64,000 nt of DNA, taken from NCBI GenBank assembly GCA_041674705.1, contig JBAYVF010000001.1, positions 129,238 through 193,237 on the forward strand, written 5' to 3'. The stretch comes from Candidatus Omnitrophota bacterium. Lineage in GTDB: Bacteria > Omnitrophota > Omnitrophia > Omnitrophales > Aquincolibacteriaceae. The translations under genes were made by a program, and so were the position numbers. This document shows, piece by piece, positions 1-7,737 of the stretch (the stretch's first letter is position 1; every line of letters begins with the position of its first letter). The notes under the pieces were generated by a model, which was not told where the DNA came from, ran no database searches, and worked only from the letters and a program-made list of their open reading frames with translations.

Positions 1-570
1 CGTGACGGGTTCAGCGCTTGTTTTGAGCTCGGCATGATAGGCATGGGCCTGGCCGGTTTTACGAACGGGCTTCTCAATATTCCCGCCAAGCTCAAGCCGG
101 TTTATGAACGCATCCCGTTGCTTGAGACCTATTACAAAGGGAAGATCTCGCCTGAGGCCATCGAAAAGGCGCGCACGGAAGCCAACGCGACGAATACTTA
201 CATGCATGACGCCCTGATGGACGCTGCCGGGTGGCCAAAGGTCCAGTTTGACGGCAAGCTTCTCATCTCTCACCAGGACGCGCTACTTTTAGGCGGCAAA
301 GTCCAGGCCGCGGAAGGTTACGCGGATCATGTGATCTTTCTGGATGCCGGAAAATGCCAAAAGTGCCGCACCAAGGTTTGTATCGAGATGTGCTCCGGTC
401 AGGCCATCACAGCCAACTCCGACGGCGGCGTTCCGCTCTTTGACCGTGAAAAATGCATTCACTGCGCGGCGTGTCTCTGGAATTGTGCTTTTGCCCGTGA
501 GCAGGGAAGCGACCTCACCAATGTCGATTTTCGCGCCGGTTCCGGTGGTCTGCACTCCAATATCAACTGA
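1..570 (+). CDS. ETF-quinone oxidoreductase / FixCX-like protein, C-terminal fragment (runs off left edge)
   Basis: Frame 1 is open from nt 1. The C-terminus carries ferredoxin-type Cys motifs (CQKCRTKVCIEMC, CIHCAACLWNC). Its layout matches the C-terminus of the complete ETF-QO at 6072-7736. Confidence 0.6.
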   Translation, partial: RDGFSACFELGMIGMGLAGFTNGLLNIPAKLKPVYERIPLLETYYKGKISPEAIEKARTEANATNTYMHDALMDAAGWPKVQFDGKLLISHQDALLLGGKVQAAEGYADHVIFLDAGKCQKCRTKVCIEMCSGQAITANSDGGVPLFDREKCIHCAACLWNCAFAREQGSDLTNVDFRAGSGGLHSNIN

Positions 571-579
571 TCTTAAGGT

Positions 580-1347
580 ATGAAAAAAAGCCTCCCGTTT
601 TTGTTCCTTCTGTTTTGGGTGGGTTGTGCCCACGCCCCGTGTCAAAAAGACGTGGTTTTTCAAAACGCCCCCATCCAGGCTCTTCTCGCGGGATGTTACA
701 CCGGGACGATGAGCATTCATGACCTCAAAACGCGCGGTGACTTTGGTTTTGGGACTCTGGACGCGCTTGACGGCGAAATGATCGTTCTGGATCATGCCTT
801 CTATCAAGTAACGCCGGACGGGAAAGCGCATCTCTTGAGAGATGAGGACACGAGTCCGTTCGCGACCGTGACCTTCTTTCATCCGGAGCAGGAATTATCC
901 CTGGGCCGAGTGATGGGATATAAGGAGCTGACGGGGTTTCTTGACACGAAGCTTCCTTCGGAAAATCTGATCTATGCGATCAAGATCGAGGGAAAGTTCC
1001 CTTTGCTCAAGGTTCGTAGCGCAACCCGTCAGCATAAACCTTTTCCGGTCCTTACCGAAGCGATCAAGGACCAGAAGGTCTTTGAATGGAAGGAGCAGGA
1101 AGGAACGCTAGTCGGATTCCGTTTTCCGTCCTTTGCGGAGGGGGTCAACGTCCCGGGGTACCATTTTCATTTCTTGAATAAGAATAAGACCTTGGGCGGG
1201 CATGTGCTCGAGCTTCAAGTGAAAGAGGCCCGCATTCAGATCGACAAGAGCCGTGCATTCTCGATGGAGCTTCCGGAGAGTGAGGAATTCCTGAAATTCC
1301 GTTTTGAGGCGGATGCCAAGGAAGCGATCCAAAAGATCGAGAAATAA
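580..1347 (+). CDS. alsD: alpha-acetolactate decarboxylase family protein with N-terminal signal/lipoprotein-like peptide
   Basis: Carries the family signature region ALLAGCYTGTMSIHDLKTRGDFGFGTLDALDGEMIVLDHAFYQV. The N-terminus MKKSLPFLFLLFWVGC looks like a signal peptide with a lipobox Cys. Confidence 0.8.
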   Translation: MKKSLPFLFLLFWVGCAHAPCQKDVVFQNAPIQALLAGCYTGTMSIHDLKTRGDFGFGTLDALDGEMIVLDHAFYQVTPDGKAHLLRDEDTSPFATVTFFHPEQELSLGRVMGYKELTGFLDTKLPSENLIYAIKIEGKFPLLKVRSATRQHKPFPVLTEAIKDQKVFEWKEQEGTLVGFRFPSFAEGVNVPGYHFHFLNKNKTLGGHVLELQVKEARIQIDKSRAFSMELPESEEFLKFRFEADAKEAIQKIEK

Positions 1348-1421
1348 ACTGGTCGAAATTGAACACCCTCATTATAATATCCGCTCTTTAAGAGAACTCT
1401 TTTTCCAAAACAGGAGGTCAT

Positions 1422-2231
1422 ATGACCACAGCCTTTAATATCGTAGTTTGCGGGAGTTTGGTGCCGGACCCGCTCCAGACGCTGGAGCCGATCCAGGGAC
1501 CGACGGGGCCTGCTTTAAAAAATGAAATGATGCTTCCTTCCGTGCTTGATCCGTGGGCCGGGCACTCTCTTTTTGAGGCCGCGAATCTCGCGAAGCAACA
1601 TCCGGGAAGCAAAGTGACCTTGATCAGCCTCGGGCCCAAAGCGAAGCTTCAACAGCTTATGATGATCATCGCGCAAAAGGTTCCGTTCGAACTTGTGTGT
1701 CTGGATGGTTCCGCAAGCGGTTTCATGGATTCCCGGGAAGTCGCGGCGGCACTGGCCGGGGCGATCGAGAAGATCCCGGGACTGGATAAGACGAAGCTTC
1801 TTGTATTCGGCGGCTGCGCCTCCGCTTCGCGCGATGCCGGGACCACGATGCAAATGATCGCCGAGCAGCTTGGGATCAGCGATGTGTTCCTTGCGGCGGA
1901 TGAACTCAAGGTCCAGCCGGATGGCTCGTTCAGGATCCTCGAACGTATTGAGGGCGGGCAGTATCAGGTTTCAACCTGTGCCGGCGCTCCGGCCGTGATC
2001 GGATGGGCAACCGGGAATCCCCCGGAACCGCCCAATAATCCTCAGGTGGGCATGACGAACATGCGCACCATTATGCCGGCGCTCCAAAAGGCGACCCCGG
2101 CGGGACTTAAAGGCGATGCGATCAAATTCGCTTCGGTCGAACTGCCGAAACAACAGCGCCAGACCCGTATCGTCAAGGATACGCCGGTCGAAGAGATCGC
2201 CAAAGAAATCGTCACCTGGATAAAGGGCTAA
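1422..2231 (+). CDS. etfB: electron transfer flavoprotein beta-subunit-like protein (divergent)
   Basis: Typical EtfB length and layout (N-terminal IVVC..., G-rich nucleotide-binding segments). AGGAGG RBS lies 6 nt upstream. Immediately followed by an EtfA-like gene. Confidence 0.75.
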   Translation: MTTAFNIVVCGSLVPDPLQTLEPIQGPTGPALKNEMMLPSVLDPWAGHSLFEAANLAKQHPGSKVTLISLGPKAKLQQLMMIIAQKVPFELVCLDGSASGFMDSREVAAALAGAIEKIPGLDKTKLLVFGGCASASRDAGTTMQMIAEQLGISDVFLAADELKVQPDGSFRILERIEGGQYQVSTCAGAPAVIGWATGNPPEPPNNPQVGMTNMRTIMPALQKATPAGLKGDAIKFASVELPKQQRQTRIVKDTPVEEIAKEIVTWIKG

Positions 2232-2234
2232 CCC

Positions 2235-3269
2235 ATGGAAAAAATACTCTTTTTAGCTCATACAGATTCGAACGGTCATCTTCCGAAGATCGCGCTCGAA
2301 ACCTTGAGCGCGGCCCTTGAGATCCAGAAAGGTCTCGCAGGCTCTACGCTGACAGTCGGTCTTGTCGGAGAGAATGTCCAGGCTGCTGCGGATCAGATCG
2401 CTGCGTGCGGCGCCGCGAAAATTCTCGGAGTGAGCGGGGCTGATTTTGGAATGTCCCGCTACGCGACGGATGTGAAAGCTGCGGAAGCGATCGGAACCGC
2501 TTCCGGCGCGACGATCATGATCGCTCCGGCGACTTCGCGTTTCTCTCGGGCGCTTCCCGGCGCGGCGTTCCGTTTGAAGGCCACGATCGATACGCACGTG
2601 AGCGGTATCCAGATCACAGACGGTGTTCTGCAGATCCAGCGCTGGTATTACCGTCAGCGCATGATGGCAACTTTGACGCGCGCGGCGCGACCCTGGATCC
2701 TTGCGATCGATTCCGGTGTGTTCGAGCCTTGGCAAGGGGCCAAAGGCGCGGCAAAAGTGGAAGCGATCGCGGTTGCTGTGACGGATAAGGAAAAGCGCAC
2801 GAAAATGACAGGCGTTGAAGCGCCTTCCGCGGACGCACAGACCATTCGGCCCGAGGCTGCGATCTTGCTTGTGGCCGGCGCCGGATGGACCAAGAAACAA
2901 ACGGACGGCCAGATCCATGCCAAGGAAGCCGAGAAACACATTCTTGATTTCTTGAAGCATGCCAAGGCGTCGCTTGGGAGCAGCAAATCCCTCGTGGACC
3001 AGGGCTCGGAAGGGGAAGCGGTCCTTTCCTGCATGAGCCATCTGAACCAGGTTGGACAGACCGGCTCCACGCCGCGTCACCCGAAGGGTCTTTCCACCTG
3101 CTGTCATGGCGAAGAACCGCACGTGGTTGGCTGGCGCTTCATTAATGAACGTCGCGCGATCAATACCGACGCTAATTGCGGCTGGGCCCAGGGCAAGGCG
3201 GATGTGCTTTATGTGGCGGATGCTTTTGCCGTCATGGCCAAGGTCAACGAGCTTCTCGCTAAGGGCTGA
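2235..3269 (+). CDS. etfA: electron transfer flavoprotein alpha-subunit-like protein with non-canonical FAD-binding motif
   Basis: Colinear with EtfA. It has VGQTG followed 30 aa later by AINTD (canonical AINKD). The canonical YIAVGISGAIQHLAGM segment reads GLSTCCHGEEPHVVGW here. Confidence 0.7.
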   Translation: MEKILFLAHTDSNGHLPKIALETLSAALEIQKGLAGSTLTVGLVGENVQAAADQIAACGAAKILGVSGADFGMSRYATDVKAAEAIGTASGATIMIAPATSRFSRALPGAAFRLKATIDTHVSGIQITDGVLQIQRWYYRQRMMATLTRAARPWILAIDSGVFEPWQGAKGAAKVEAIAVAVTDKEKRTKMTGVEAPSADAQTIRPEAAILLVAGAGWTKKQTDGQIHAKEAEKHILDFLKHAKASLGSSKSLVDQGSEGEAVLSCMSHLNQVGQTGSTPRHPKGLSTCCHGEEPHVVGWRFINERRAINTDANCGWAQGKADVLYVADAFAVMAKVNELLAKG

Positions 3270-3291
3270 TTTTCAATTTTCAGATTTTAAA

Positions 3292-3332
3292 GGGGCAATT
3301 TCTCCAGGGTCAGGAGAGATTGCCCCTTTTTT
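3292..3332 (+). terminator. intrinsic terminator after the etfB/etfA-like pair
   Basis: GGGGCAATTTCTCC / GGAGAGATTGCCCC stem followed by TTTTTT. Confidence 0.8.
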
Positions 3333-3542
3333 ACATTTTCCCCTCTACAAATAACGCAAGCCGCCCCTTATTTCAGGCTGTTTTTTTTAAAAAAGCGCTA
3401 AAAACACCTGCCATTTTTTAATAGACAAAAGAAACGTTTCAGGTAAACTGTGCCCGGCTTAACAGGCCTTGATAGATCGCACAGTTATCAACCACCCAAA
3501 GATCACCAAACGAAATTGTCGAGACTAAAGGAGGGGTGTGCC

Positions 3543-4175
3543 ATGGTGTTTAAATTCCTGCTTCCCAAAGAAACCAGCTTCTTCAATCTTTTTGATAAAC
3601 AGTCGGATTATGCCGTCCAGGCTGCCACCCATTTTGTGAAAATGGTTGCTGATTATAAAGTGGATGAGACCGAGGTCGGGATCATGAAGGAAATCGAACA
3701 CCTTGGGGATGAAGTAACGCATCAGGTGCTGGATCAGCTCAATGACACCTTCATCACGCCGTTTGACCGCGAAGATATTCACGATCTGGCGAAGAAAATG
3801 GATGATATTGTGGACATGCTTTACACCCTGACCAAGCGTCTTCGTGTTTATAAGATCCTGAGCATGGAGCGAAACCTTACGGAATTTGCCCGCGTGATCG
3901 AAATGTCCGTCAAAGGCGTTTCGCAGGCCGTTAAAGGCCTCCGGGACATGAAAAACAGCAAGGAGATCCTCAAGGCCTGCATTGAAGTGAATAATCTCGA
4001 GAATCTTGGCGATAAGATGCGCGATGATATGTTAGGCGAACTTTTTGAAAAATATGCCAAAGACCCCGTCGCGGTGATCAAGTGGAAAGACATCTATCAG
4101 GACGCGGAAACGGTTCTGGATGTTTGCGAGGACGTCGTGCACGTGGTCGAATCCATTCTCGTCAAACACGCTTAG
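3543..4175 (+). CDS. DUF47 / PhoU-like phosphate-transport accessory protein
   Basis: Begins MVFKFLLPKETSFFNLFDKQ, with an all-helical PhoU-like repeat composition. AAGGAGG RBS upstream of the internal ATG. Immediately precedes a PiT transporter, the classic pairing. Confidence 0.8.
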   Translation: MVFKFLLPKETSFFNLFDKQSDYAVQAATHFVKMVADYKVDETEVGIMKEIEHLGDEVTHQVLDQLNDTFITPFDREDIHDLAKKMDDIVDMLYTLTKRLRVYKILSMERNLTEFARVIEMSVKGVSQAVKGLRDMKNSKEILKACIEVNNLENLGDKMRDDMLGELFEKYAKDPVAVIKWKDIYQDAETVLDVCEDVVHVVESILVKHA

Positions 4176-4188
4176 CGGGGGAGCGATC

Positions 4189-5181
4189 ATGACCACCTGG
4201 ATCCTTTTTCTTATCCTGCTCGCCCTCACGTTCGATTTTCTGAACGGGTTCCACGATTCCGCGAATTCCATTGCGACGGTCGTTTCCACCCGCGTTCTTT
4301 CTCCACAACATGCGGTGATCTGGGCCGCATTTTTCAACTTTATCGCGTTTCTCTTCTTCGGGCTCCATGTCGCCAATACGATCGGCAAGGGGATCATTGA
4401 TATCAACATTGTGGACAGCCAGATCATCTTTGGCGCCCTGATGGGGGCTTGCGCCTGGAATATCATCACCTGGTATTTCGGCCTTCCGACCAGTTCTTCT
4501 CACGCGTTGATCGGCGGGTTGGTGGGCTCCGCGCTTGTGAAAGCCGGGACAGGATCTTTGGTCTGGAGCGGCATCATCAAGACGGTCGCTTTTATTTTGA
4601 TCTCACCAGTGGTCGGGCTCTTCCTAGGCGTGGTTTATGGCGTGATCGTTCACTGGCTTGCCCGGAAGAGTTCGCCGGCTGGGGTCGATCACTGGTTCCG
4701 GAAAGGGCAGTTGGTTTCCGCCGCGCTTTATAGCCTGGGACATGGCGGTAATGACGCGCAGAAGACCATGGGTATTATCGCGAGCCTTCTTTTCAGCGCG
4801 GGGCTTCTCGGAAAAGAATTCCATATTCCTTTCTGGGTCGTGATCTCGTGTCAGGCCGCCATTGCCATCGGGACGATGTTCGGCGGCTGGAGGATCGTGA
4901 AGACCATGGGGCAAAAAGTGGCAAAACTTCGTCCGGTAGACGGTTTTTGCGCAGAAGCAGGAGCTGCTACGAGCTTGTTCATAGCCTCGGCTTTCGGCAT
5001 TCCGGTCAGTACGACGCATACGATCACCGGCGCGATCATGGGGGTGGGTTCTTTGAAGCGTATGAGCGCGGTCCGATGGGGCGTCGCGGGAAGCATTGTC
5101 TGGGCGTGGATCATTACGATCCCGTGCGCGGCGGCGATCTCGGCTATTTCTTACGCTGCGGCCCGATGGGTTGCCCATTAA
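4189..5181 (+). CDS. pitA: inorganic phosphate transporter, PiT family
   Basis: Both PiT signature halves are present: FDFLNGFHDSANSIAT and GHGGNDAQKTMG. Polytopic membrane protein. Confidence 0.9.
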   Translation: MTTWILFLILLALTFDFLNGFHDSANSIATVVSTRVLSPQHAVIWAAFFNFIAFLFFGLHVANTIGKGIIDINIVDSQIIFGALMGACAWNIITWYFGLPTSSSHALIGGLVGSALVKAGTGSLVWSGIIKTVAFILISPVVGLFLGVVYGVIVHWLARKSSPAGVDHWFRKGQLVSAALYSLGHGGNDAQKTMGIIASLLFSAGLLGKEFHIPFWVVISCQAAIAIGTMFGGWRIVKTMGQKVAKLRPVDGFCAEAGAATSLFIASAFGIPVSTTHTITGAIMGVGSLKRMSAVRWGVAGSIVWAWIITIPCAAAISAISYAAARWVAH

Positions 5182-5261
5182 AGATTCGAGATTGAGTTAA
5201 CAGATTATTGTTTGGGATTTATCCTTCCGTAGTGAGATGGCAGTCAAAATCAGAGGTCTTT

Positions 5262-5975
5262 GTGATTCCAAATTCCGGAAAGCTTCGAAATGTTTTTTCC
5301 ACGACGCTCCTTTGCGGGATCATCCTGCTTCTGATCCAGGGAATTTGCACTCCCGTGGCAATCGCTTCTCCGGCTAAAGACGAAGATTTCGGGATCTGGA
5401 ATGTCTATGATGTTGAGAAAAAACTGAACAAACAATGGAAAATGTGGGCGGGTGAAGAGCTGCGTTTTCGGGAACATAACGGGATTTATTACACCGAAAC
5501 CCATGTAGGGACGAACTATCAGCCATCCAAATATCTGGCCCTGGGTGCCTTGTACCTCGAGAACCGTGCATCCCGGACCCAAAAGAAGGACGAAATCTGG
5601 TATTGGGAATCCGAACCGCGCATTTATATGACGCCGCAGCTTCCGGTCTATGGGTTCCTTCTGGAAAACCGTAACATGCTGGGATTCCGTTGGCGGCAGG
5701 AATCGAAATTTGCGATGGTGTACCGGAACATGACGACCCTCACGTCCCCCTGGAAATGGACGCAGTTCGAATTTCAGCCTTACACCGCCAATGAAATTTT
5801 TCTGGAAACGAACAGGAACGGAATGATTGAAGATCGGTTCTATTCGGGATTCAAAGCCCATTGGTGGGGGCCATTTTATGGATCGATCTTCTATTTACGC
5901 CAATCCAAAAAGAACTCCATCGGAAAATGGACTGCGCTTAATATCCTTGGCACCAGCCTCAAGATCGTTTTTTAG
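5262..5975 (+). CDS. putative outer-membrane beta-barrel protein (DUF2490-like)
   Basis: Signal peptide (KLRNVFSTTLLCGIILLLIQGICTPVAIA-SP). Alternating aromatic/polar beta-strand pattern, ending in ...SLKIVF. Start is uncertain (TTG 5208 or GTG 5262). Confidence 0.45.
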   Translation: MIPNSGKLRNVFSTTLLCGIILLLIQGICTPVAIASPAKDEDFGIWNVYDVEKKLNKQWKMWAGEELRFREHNGIYYTETHVGTNYQPSKYLALGALYLENRASRTQKKDEIWYWESEPRIYMTPQLPVYGFLLENRNMLGFRWRQESKFAMVYRNMTTLTSPWKWTQFEFQPYTANEIFLETNRNGMIEDRFYSGFKAHWWGPFYGSIFYLRQSKKNSIGKWTALNILGTSLKIVF

Positions 5976-6017
5976 CTGTTTTTCACAAGTGATTTTCGAG
6001 TTTCTTCAGAGAAATTG

Positions 6018-6026
6018 TGGTAAAAT
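6018..6026 (+). promoter_or_regulatory. possible extended -10 element (TGGTAAAAT) upstream of ETF-QO
   Basis: TGnTAAAAT motif about 45 nt upstream of the ATG at 6072. No clear -35. Confidence 0.3.
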
Positions 6027-6071
6027 GCCGCCTCGATTTCAGAATTTCCTCATAAGAGAACTTATTTTAAT

Positions 6072-7736
6072 ATGCCAAAATCCGAAATCATTGAAACCGA
6101 CATTCTGATCGTGGGCGGTGGCGTCGCGGGCCTCGCGACGGCTATCCATCTTGCGGACCTTGCGGCCGGTTCGGACAAGAAACCCGGTATTCTTGTCCTC
6201 GAAAAGGGGAGCTCTATCGGAAGCCACACGCTTTCGGGCGCTGTGATCGATTCCTCCACGCTGAAGGAACTTCTCCCCGGTGTTGATCCCAAGGATTTCC
6301 CTTTCGAATCTCCCGTCAAAAAAGAAGGTGTTTATTTTTTTACTCCCAAGCTTGCCCTCAAAGCGCCTTTCACGCCGCCTTTTATGGGGAACCACGGGAA
6401 TTATGTGGTTTCGCTCGGGAAGATGACGCGCTGGCTTGCCGAGATCGCGGAAAAAAAAGGCGTGCAGGTCTACCCGGGATTCAGTGTTTCGGAAATGCTT
6501 TATCAAAATGATCGCGTGATCGGGGCGAAGACGATCGATACCGGCGTGGATAAGCACGGTAAGCCGATGGAAAATTTTCAGGCCGGAAATGAGATCCATG
6601 CCAAGATCACGATCCTGGCGGAAGGGCCCCGCGGCAGTCTGATGAAGGCGCTTTGCGGCAAATTGAAATTAGACCGCCAGAGCAACCCGCAGGTCTATTC
6701 CACCGGCGTGAAGGAACTCTGGGATCTTCCGGAAGGAACATTCGAGGCCGGACGGATCATGCACACATTGGGCTTTCCTTTTTCCTTCAATCACTTCGGA
6801 GGCGGCTTTGTTTACGGCCTGAACGGGCGCCAAGTCGTGGTCGGGATCGCGGCAGGGCTGGATTACACCGATCCCACATTCGACTCCCATGCGGCGCTTC
6901 AGGTTTATAAAAAACATCCTTTTATCGCGAAGATTCTCGAAAAAGGGAAGCTCCTGCGGTATGGGGCGAAGACCATCCCTGAAGGAGGGCTTTATTCTTT
7001 GCCGAAGCTTTATCATGACGGGGTCATGATCGTCGGGGATTCTGCCGGATTCTTAAGCATGCCGAGCCTGAAAGGCGTTCATCTTGCGATCGAGTCGGGG
7101 ATGTTGGCCGCGAAGTCCGCATTTGAAGCGCTCAAGAAAAATGATTTTTCGGGAACACAACTCAGCCTTTACGAAACGCTGTTCCAGAAAAGCGCCACAC
7201 ATAAAACCCTTTCGCGTACGCGCAATTTTCGCGCGGGGTTTGGGCACGGGATGATCCTTGGGGCTTTTTATTTCGCGACGCAGATCCTCACCGGAGGGCG
7301 CGGCATCACGCCGTCGGGAAAGATGAAGACGCATGAAGATGCGGCCTGTTACAAGAAGCTCGCAGACGTTAAAAAAACATTTTGCGAGAAGTTCGCAAAA
7401 GAGCTCGTGTTTGATAAACAGCTGACGTTCGACAAGGTAACGGACGTTTATTTTTCAGGCTCTAAACACGACGAAGAGCAGCCCTGCCATCTCCGCGTGC
7501 TGGATTTCAACCTTTGCCGGGAGACCTGCATTCCAAAATACGGCGGGCCGTGCCAGCATTTCTGTCCGGCGGAGGTTTACGAGATCGTGACGGATCTGAA
7601 GACCGGGAAAAAAGACCTGCATCTTCATCCGGCCAATTGCGTGCATTGTAAGACCTGCGATATCAAAGATCCGTTTGGAAACATTGAATGGGCGGTGCCG
7701 TACGGCGGCGACGGGCCCGAATACGAGAATCTCTAA
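6072..7736 (+). CDS. electron-transfer flavoprotein:quinone oxidoreductase (ETF-QO, FixC+FixX-type fusion)
   Basis: N-terminal FAD fold DILIVGGGVAGLATA. The C-terminal 4Fe-4S region CVHCKTCDIKDPFGNIEWAVPYGGDGPEY closely matches the ETF-QO signature. Confidence 0.9.
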   Translation: MPKSEIIETDILIVGGGVAGLATAIHLADLAAGSDKKPGILVLEKGSSIGSHTLSGAVIDSSTLKELLPGVDPKDFPFESPVKKEGVYFFTPKLALKAPFTPPFMGNHGNYVVSLGKMTRWLAEIAEKKGVQVYPGFSVSEMLYQNDRVIGAKTIDTGVDKHGKPMENFQAGNEIHAKITILAEGPRGSLMKALCGKLKLDRQSNPQVYSTGVKELWDLPEGTFEAGRIMHTLGFPFSFNHFGGGFVYGLNGRQVVVGIAAGLDYTDPTFDSHAALQVYKKHPFIAKILEKGKLLRYGAKTIPEGGLYSLPKLYHDGVMIVGDSAGFLSMPSLKGVHLAIESGMLAAKSAFEALKKNDFSGTQLSLYETLFQKSATHKTLSRTRNFRAGFGHGMILGAFYFATQILTGGRGITPSGKMKTHEDAACYKKLADVKKTFCEKFAKELVFDKQLTFDKVTDVYFSGSKHDEEQPCHLRVLDFNLCRETCIPKYGGPCQHFCPAEVYEIVTDLKTGKKDLHLHPANCVHCKTCDIKDPFGNIEWAVPYGGDGPEYENL

Positions 7737-7737
7737 T

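Noticed and set aside
2253-3122. Long antisense ORFs (also 289-882, 14219-14941, 28403-29377, 39975-40952, 44241-45344, 52928-53830, 46040-46705)
   Set aside because: Each lies fully opposite a gene with strong family signatures. Their translations are Arg/Pro/Gly-rich low-complexity sequence typical of shadow frames, with no RBS or motifs.
2235-3269. EtfA-like gene as a frameshifted pseudogene
   Set aside because: Spacing between conserved anchors (GQTG to AIN.D, then VADAF...EL) is exactly canonical and the frame stays open to a normal C-terminus. The alternative frame (3052-3354) has no ETF similarity.
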